A DNA stretch of 64,000 bases from Eledone cirrhosa (lineage: Eukaryota). Position numbers and translations under genes: made by a program. Shown one piece after another: positions 56,445 through 64,000 of this stretch (positions within the stretch are counted from its first letter, which is position 1; each line of letters starts with the position of its first letter). The notes under the pieces are model-generated. The model was not told the DNA's origin. It saw nothing but the letters and a program-made list of their open reading frames with translations, and did not search any database. The stretch covers positions 257,052,001-257,116,000 of the forward strand of contig OZ024743.1 in the NCBI GenBank assembly GCA_964016885.1, given 5' to 3'.

Positions 56445-59400
56445 GAGCACTCGATGTTTAGGTTCACGTCAGTTTCAAGGTGTAGAGCAAGACATAGTGT
56501 AATATAATAATACAAGGATCAGGTGAGCACTCGATGTTTAGGTTCACGTCAGTATCGAGGTGTAGAGCCAGACAGAGTGTAATATAATAATACAAGGATC
56601 AGGTGAGCACTCGATGTTTAGGTTCACGTCAGTATCGAGGTGTAGAGCCAGACAGAGTGTAATATAATAATACAAGAATCAGGTGAGCACTCGATGTTTA
56701 GGTTCACGTCAGTTTCAAGGTGTAGAGCAAGACAGAGTGTAATATAATAATACAAGGATCAGGTGAGCACTCGATGTTTAGGTTCACGTCAGTATCGAGG
56801 TGTAGAGCCAGACAGAGTGTAATATAATAATACAAGGATCAGGTGAGCACTCGATGTTTAGGTTCACGTCAGTTTCAAGGTGTAGAGCAAGACAGAGTGT
56901 AATATAATAATACAAGAATCAGGTGAGCACTCGATGTTTAGGTTCACGTCAGTATCAAGGTGTAGAGCCAGACAGAGTGTAATATAGTAATACAAGGATC
57001 AGCTGAGCACTCGATGTTTAGGTTCACGTCAGTATCAAGGTGTAGAGCCAGACAGAGTGTAATATAATAATACAAGGATCTGGTGAGCACTCGATGTTTA
57101 GGTTCACGTCAGTATCAAGGTGTAGAGCCAGACAGAGTGTAATATAATAATACAAGGATCAGCTAAGCACACGATGTTTAGGTTCACGTCAGTATCAAGG
57201 TGTAGAGCCAGACAGAGTGTAATATAATAATACAAGGATCAGCTGAGCACTCGATGTTTAGGTTCACGTCAGTATCGAGGTGTAGAGCCAGACAGAGTGT
57301 AATATAATAATACAAGGATCAGGTGAGCACTCGATGTTTAGGTTCTCGTCAGTATCAAGGTGTAGAGCCAGACAGAGTGTAATATAATAATACAAGGATC
57401 AGGTGAGCACTCGATGTTTAGGTTCTCGTCAGTATCAAGGTGTAGAGCCAGACAGAGTGTAATATAATAATACAAGGATCAGCTGAGCACTCGATGTTTA
57501 GGTTCACGTCAGTATCGAGGTGTAGAGCCAGACAGAGTGTAATATAATAATACAAGGATCAGGTGAGCACTCGATGTTTGGGTTCACGTCAGTATCGAGG
57601 TGTAGAGCCAGACAGAGTGTAATATAATAATACAAGGATCAGCTGAGCACTCGATGTTTAGGTTCACGTCAGTATCAAGGTGTAGAGCCAGACAGAGTGT
57701 AATATAATAATACAAGGATCAGCTGAGCACTCGATGTTTAGGTTCACGTCAGTATCGAGGTGTAGAGCCAGACAGAGTGTAATATAATAATACAAGGATC
57801 AGCTGAGCACTCGATGTTTAGGTTCACGTCAGTATCGTGGTGTAGAGCCAAAGAGAGTGTAATACAAGGATCAGGTGAGCACTCGATGTTTAGGTTCACG
57901 TCAGTATCGAGGTGTAGAGCCAGACAGAGTGTAATATAATAATACACGGATCAGGTGAGCACTCGATGTTTAGGTTCACGTCAGTATCAAGGTGTAGAGC
58001 CAGACAGAGTGTAATATAATAATACAAGGATCAGGTGAGCACTCGATGTTTAGGTTCACGTCAGTATCAAGCTGTAGAGCCAGAGAGAGTGTAATACAAG
58101 GATCAGGTGAGCACTCGATGTTTAGGTTCACGTCAGTATCAAGGAGTAGAGTCAGACAGAGTGTAATACAAGGATCAGGTGAGCACTCGATGTTTAGGTT
58201 CACGTCAGTATCAAGGTGTAGAGCCAGACAGAGTGTAATATAATAATTCAAGGATCAGGTGAGCACTCGATGTTTAGGTTCACGTCAGTATCAAGGTGTA
58301 GAGCCAGACAGAGTGTAATATAATAATACAAGGATCAGCTAAGCACACGATGTTTAGGTTCACGTCAGTATCAAGGTGTAGAGCCAGACAGAGTGTAATA
58401 TAATAATACAAGGATCAGCTAAGCACACGATGTTTAGGTTCACGTCAGTATCAAGGTGTAGAGCCAGACAGAGTGTAATATAATAATACAAGGATCAGCT
58501 GAGCACTCGATGTTTAGGTTCACGTCAGTATCAAGGTGTAGAGCCAGACAGAGTGTAATATAATAATACAAGAATCAGGTGAGCACTCGATGTTTAGGTT
58601 CACGTCAGTATCAAGGTGTAGAGCCAGACAGAGTGTAATATAATAATTCAAGGATCAGGTGAGCACTCGATGTTTAGGTTCACGTCAGTATCAAGGTGTA
58701 GAGCCAGACAGAGTGTAATATAATAATTCAAGGATCAGGTGAGCACTCGATGTTTAGGTTCACGTCAGTATCAAGGTGTAGAGCCAGACAGAGTGTAATA
58801 TAATAATACAAGGATCAGGTGAGCACTCGATGTTTAGGTTCACGTCAGTATCAAGGTGTAGAGCCAGACAGAGTGTAATATAATAATACAAGAATCAGGC
58901 GAGCACTCGATGTTTAGGTTCACGTCAGTTTCAAGGTGTAGAGCAAGACATAGTGTAATATAATAATACAAGGATCAGGTGAGCACTCGATGTTTAGGTT
59001 CACGTCAGTATCGAGGTGTAGAGCCAGACATAGTGTAATATAATAATACAAGAATCAGGTGAGCACTCGATGTTTAGGTTCACGTCAGTTTCAAGGTGTA
59101 GAGCAAGACAGAGTGTAATATAATAATACAAGGATCAGGTGAGCACTCGATGTTTAGGTTCACGTCAGTATCGAGGTGTAGAGCCAGACAGAGTGTAATA
59201 TAATAATACAAGGATCAGGTGAGCACTCGATGTTTAGGTTCACGTCAGTTTCAAGGTGTAGAGCAAGACAGAGTGTAATATAATAATACAAGAATCAGGT
59301 GAGCACTCGATGTTTAGGTTCACGTCAGTATCAAGGTGTAGAGCCAGACAGAGTGTAATATAATAATACAAGGATCAGCTGAGCACTCGATGTTTAGGTT

Positions 59401-62400
59401 CACGTCAGTATCAAGGTGTAGAGCCAGACAGAGTGTAATATAATAATACAAGGATCTGGTGAGCACTCGATGTTTAGGTTCACGTCAGTATCAAGGTGTA
59501 GAGCCAGACAGAGTGTAATATAATAATACAAGGATCAGCTAAGCACACGATGTTTAGGTTCACGTCAGTATCAAGGTGTAGAGCCAGACAGAGTGTAATA
59601 TAATAATACAAGGATCAGCTGAGCACTCGATGTTTAGGTTCACGTCAGTATCGAGGTGTAGAGCCAGACAGAGTGTAATATAATAATACAAGGATCAGGT
59701 GAGCACTCGATGTTTAGGTTCTCGTCAGTATCAAGGTGTAGAGCCAGACAGAGTGTAATATAATAATACAAGGATCAGGTGAGCACTCGATGTTTAGGTT
59801 CTCGTCAGTATCAAGGTGTAGAGCCAGACAGAGTGTAATATAATAATACAAGGATCAGCTGAGCACTCGATGTTTAGGTTCACGTCAGTATCGAGGTGTA
59901 GAGCCAGACAGAGTGTAATATAATAATACAAGGATCAGGTGAGCACTCGATGTTTAGGTTCACGTCAGTATCGAGGTGTAGAGCCAGACAGAGTGTAATT
60001 TAATAATACAAGGATCAGCTGAGCACTCGATGTTTAGGTTCACGTCAGTATCAAGGTGTAGAGCCAGACAGAGTGTAATATAATAATACAAGGATCAGCT
60101 GAGCACTCGATGTTTAGGTTCACGTCAGTATCGAGGTGTAGAGCCAGACAGAGTGTAATATAATAATACAAGGATCAGCTGAGCACTCGATGTTTAGGTT
60201 CACGTCAGTATCGTGGTGTAGAGCCAGAGAGAGTGTAATACAAGGATCAGGTGAGCACTCGATGTTTAGGTTCACGTCAGAATCGAGGTGTAGAGCCAGA
60301 CAGAGTGTAATATAATAATACACGGATCAGGTGAGCACTCGATGTTTAGGTTCACGTCAGTATCAAGGTGTAGAGCCAGACAGAGTGTAATATAATAATA
60401 CAAGGATCAGGTGAGCACTCGATGTTTAGGTTCACGTCAGTATCAAGCTGTAGAGCCAGAGAGAGTGTAATACAAGGATCAGGTGAGCACTCGATGTTTA
60501 GGTTCACGTCAGTATCAAGGAGTAGAGTCAGACAGAGTGTAATACAAGGATCAGGTGAGCACTCGATGTTTAGGTTCACGTCAGTATCAAGGTGTAGAGC
60601 CAGACAGAGTGTAATATAATAATTCAAGGATCAGGTGAGCACTCGATGTTTAGGTTCACGTCAGTATCAAGGTTTAGAGCCAGACAGAGTGTAATATAAT
60701 AATTCAAGGATCAGGTGAGCACTCGATGTTTAGGTTCACGTCAGTATCAAGGTGTAGAGCCAGACAGAGTGTAATATAATAATTCAAGGATCAGGTGAGC
60801 ACTCGATGTTTAGGTTCACGTCAGTATCAAGGTGTAGAGCCAGACAGAGTGTAATATAATAATACAAGGATCAGGTGATCACTCGATGTTTAGGTTCACG
60901 TCAGTATCAAGGTGTAGAGCCAGACAGAGTGTAATATAATAATACAAGAATCAGGTGAGCACTCGATGTTTAGGTTCACGTCAGTTTCAAGGTGTAGAGC
61001 AAGACATAGTGTAATATAATAATACAAGGATCAGGTGAGCACTCGATGTTTAGGTTCACGTCAGTATCGAGGTGTAGAGCCAGACAGAGTGTAATATAAT
61101 AATACAAGGATCAGGTGAGCACTCGATGTTTAGGTTCACGTCAGTATCGAGGTGTAGAGCCAGACAGAGTGTAATATAATAATACAAGAATCAGGTGAGC
61201 ACTCGATGTTTAGGTTCACGTCAGTTTCAAGGTGTAGAGCAAGACAGAGTGTAATATAATAATACAAGGATCAGGTGAGCACTCGATGTTTAGGTTCACG
61301 TCAGTATCGAGGTGTAGAGCCAGACAGAGTGTAATATAATAATACAAGGATCAGGTGAGCACTCGATGTTTAGGTTCACGTCAGTTTCAAGGTGTAGAGC
61401 AAGACAGAGTGTAATATAATAATACAAGAATCAGGTGAGCACTCGATGTTTAGGTTCACGTCAGTATCAAGGTGTAGAGCCAGACAGAGTGTAATATAGT
61501 AATACAAGGATCAGCTGAGCACTCGATGTTTAGGTTCACGTCAGTATCAAGGTGTAGAGCCAGACAGAGTGTAATATAATAATACAAGGATCTGGTGAGC
61601 ACTCGATGTTTAGGTTCACGTCAGTATCAAGGTGTAGAGCCAGACAGAGTGTAATATAATAATACAAGGATCAGCTAAGCACACGATGTTTAGGTTCACG
61701 TCAGTATCAAGGTGTAGAGCCAGACAGAGTGTAATATAATAATACAAGGATCAGCTGAGCACTCGATGTTTAGGTTCACGTCAGTATCGAGGTGTAGAGC
61801 CAGACAGAGTGTAATATAATAATACAAGGATCAGGTGAGCACTCGATGTTTAGGTTCTCGTCAGTATCAAGGTGTAGAGCCAGACAGAGTGTAATATAAT
61901 AATACAAGGATCAGGTGAGCACTCGATGTTTAGGTTCTCGTCAGTATCAAGGTGTAGAGCCAGACAGAGTGTAATATAATAATACAAGGATCAGCTGAGC
62001 ACTCGATGTTTAGGTTCACGTCAGTATCGAGGTGTAGAGCCAGACAGAGTGTAATATAATAATACAAGGATCAGGTGAGCACTCGATGTTTGGGTTCACG
62101 TCAGTATCGAGGTGTAGAGCCAGACAGAGTGTAATATAATAATACAAGGATCAGCTGAGCACTCGATGTTTAGGTTCACGTCAGTATCAAGGTGTAGAGC
62201 CAGACAGAGTGTAATATAATAATACAAGGATCAGCTGAGCACTCGATGTTTAGGTTCACGTCAGTATCGAGGTGTAGAGCCAGACAGAGTGTAATATAAT
62301 AATACAAGGATCAGCTGAGCACTCGATGTTTAGGTTCACGTCAGTATCGTGGTGTAGAGCCAAAGAGAGTGTAATACAAGGATCAGGTGAGCACTCGATG

Positions 62401-64000
62401 TTTAGGTTCACGTCAGTATCGAGGTGTAGAGCCAGACAGAGTGTAATATAATAATACACGGATCAGGTGAGCACTCGATGTTTAGGTTCACGTCAGTATC
62501 AAGGTGTAGAGCCAGACAGAGTGTAATATAATAATACAAGGATCAGGTGAGCACTCGATGTTTAGGTTCACGTCAGTATCAAGCTGTAGAGCCAGAGAGA
62601 GTGTAATACAAGGATCAGGTGAGCACTCGATGTTTAGGTTCACGTCAGTATCAAGGAGTAGAGTCAGACAGAGTGTAATACAAGGATCAGGTGAGCACTC
62701 GATGTTTAGGTTCACGTCAGTATCAAGGTGTAGAGCCAGACAGAGTGTAATATAATAATTCAAGGATCAGGTGAGCACTCGATGTTTAGGTTCACGTCAG
62801 TATCAAGGTGTAGAGCCAGACAGAGTGTAATATAATAATACAAGGATCAGCTAAGCACACGATGTTTAGGTTCACGTCAGTATCAAGGTGTAGAGCCAGA
62901 CAGAGTGTAATATAATAATACAAGGATCAGCTAAGCACACGATGTTTAGGTTCACGTCAGTATCAAGGTGTAGAGCCAGACAGAGTGTAATATAATAATA
63001 CAAGGATCAGCTGAGCACTCGATGTTTAGGTTCACGTCAGTATCAAGGTGTAGAGCCAGACAGAGTGTAATATAATAATACAAGAATCAGGTGAGCACTC
63101 GATGTTTAGGTTCACGTCAGTATCAAGGTGTAGAGCCAGACAGAGTGTAATATAATAATTCAAGGATCAGGTGAGCACTCGATGTTTAGGTTCACGTCAG
63201 TATCAAGGTGTAGAGCCAGACAGAGTGTAATATAATAATTCAAGGATCAGGTGAGCACTCGATGTTTAGGTTCACGTCAGTATCAAGGTGTAGAGCCAGA
63301 CAGAGTGTAATATAATAATTCAAGGATCAGGTGAGCACTCGATGTTTAGGTTCACGTCAGTATCAAGGTGTAGAGCCAGACAGAGTGTAATATAATAATA
63401 CAAGGATCAGGTGAGCACTCGATGTTTAGGTTCACGTCAGTATCAAGGTGTAGAGCCAGACAGAGTGTAATATAATAATACAAGAATCAGGCGAGCACTC
63501 GATGTTTAGGTTCACGTCAGTTTCAAGGTGTAGAGCAAGACATAGTGTAATATAATAATACAAGGATCAGGTGAGCACTCGATGTTTAGGTTCACGTCAG
63601 TATCGAGGTGTAGAGCCAGACATAGTGTAATATAATAATACAAGAATCAGGTGAGCACTCGATGTTTAGGTTCACGTCAGTTTCAAGGTGTAGAGCAAGA
63701 CAGAGTGTAATATAATAATACAAGGATCAGGTGAGCACTCGATGTTTAGGTTCACGTCAGTATCGAGGTGTAGAGCCAGACAGAGTGTAATATAATAATA
63801 CAAGGATCAGGTGAGCACTCGATGTTTAGGTTCACGTCAGTTTCAAGGTGTAGAGCAAGACAGAGTGTAATATAATAATACAAGAATCAGGTGAGCACTC
63901 GATGTTTAGGTTCACGTCAGTATCAAGGTGTAGAGCCAGACAGAGTGTAATATAATAATACAAGGATCAGCTGAGCACTCGATGTTTAGGTTCACGTCAG
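56445..64000. repeat. 4512-bp-offset duplication (4592 after one extra monomer near 63.3 kb), with an older 2376/2136-bp sub-period
   Basis: tttgggtt at 57580/62092, plus shared ccaaagag and gagtcag variants. ORFs at 57744/60120/62256 and 57976/60352/62488. Confidence 0.87.

Larger units (their letters stand above)
17679..57946. repeat. Large tandem duplication: copy 1 about 17679-39446 (21768 bp, 275 monomers), copy 2 about 39447-57902 (18456 bp, 233 monomers)
   Basis: ORF offsets are a constant 21768 (20472/42240 through 32960/54728), then 18776 and 18456. Shared private variants include aaggtttag, cagattgt, ggtgaacac, gggcac, cacggc, aaacgatc, gagtac, tactaat, gagggag and aaggttcag. Confidence 0.95.
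1..64000. repeat. Tandem satellite DNA array, 80-bp monomer (about 808 copies), running off both window ends
   Basis: The unit acaaggatcaggtgagcactcgatgtttaggttcacgtcagtatcaaggtgtagagccagacagagtgtaatataataat (e.g. 81-160) recurs head-to-tail in one orientation throughout, typically with 0-5 substitutions per copy. The last monomer starts at 63960, consistent with 808x80 - 85x8 - 1. Confidence 0.99.

Noticed and set aside
1073-62763. About 70 short ORFs with 24-aa repeats (ITLCLALHLDTDVNLNIECSPDPC; MFRFTSVSRCRARQSVIQGSGEHS)
   Set aside because: They appear only where 72-bp monomers keep the frame, occur on both strands, and end in the next 80-mer. They show no recognisable domain and no proper LRR consensus, so they are translation artefacts of the satellite.
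1-64000. CRISPR array or other repeat-spacer system
   Set aside because: The entire unit is repeated. There are no unique spacers, leader or cas genes.
1-64000. Variant pattern as an information-encoding or programmed diversity system
   Set aside because: The allele order is adequately explained by nested duplications and occasional conversion, and no associated enzyme gene or target is in the window.

Overview
The whole 64 kb window is one uninterrupted head-to-tail tandem satellite array, with no unique sequence, inversion, gene, RNA gene, transposon or CRISPR spacer that I can see. The consensus monomer is 80 bp (ACAAGGATCAGGTGAGCACTCGATGTTTAGGTTCACGTCAGTATCAAGGTGTAGAGCCAGACAGAGTGTAATATAATAAT, 41% GC). 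By manual count, which agrees with the register at the window end, there are 808 complete monomers plus a partial one: about 722 of 80 bp, 85 of 72 bp (8-bp deletion in the AT tract) and one of 79 bp. Every ORF in the track is a by-product of the 72-bp variant being a multiple of 3. The informative content is the variant 'barcode', which records nested tandem duplications with offsets of 224, 304, 1184, 1744, 1984, 2992, 3952, 4512, 6960 and 21768 bp. Several breakpoints can be mapped to under one monomer, and there are two alternating variant sub-domains. This is most consistent with eukaryotic (peri)centromeric or heterochromatic satellite DNA. I cannot name the family or organism, and I see no evidence of a novel protein-coding system. 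All comparisons were made by eye.
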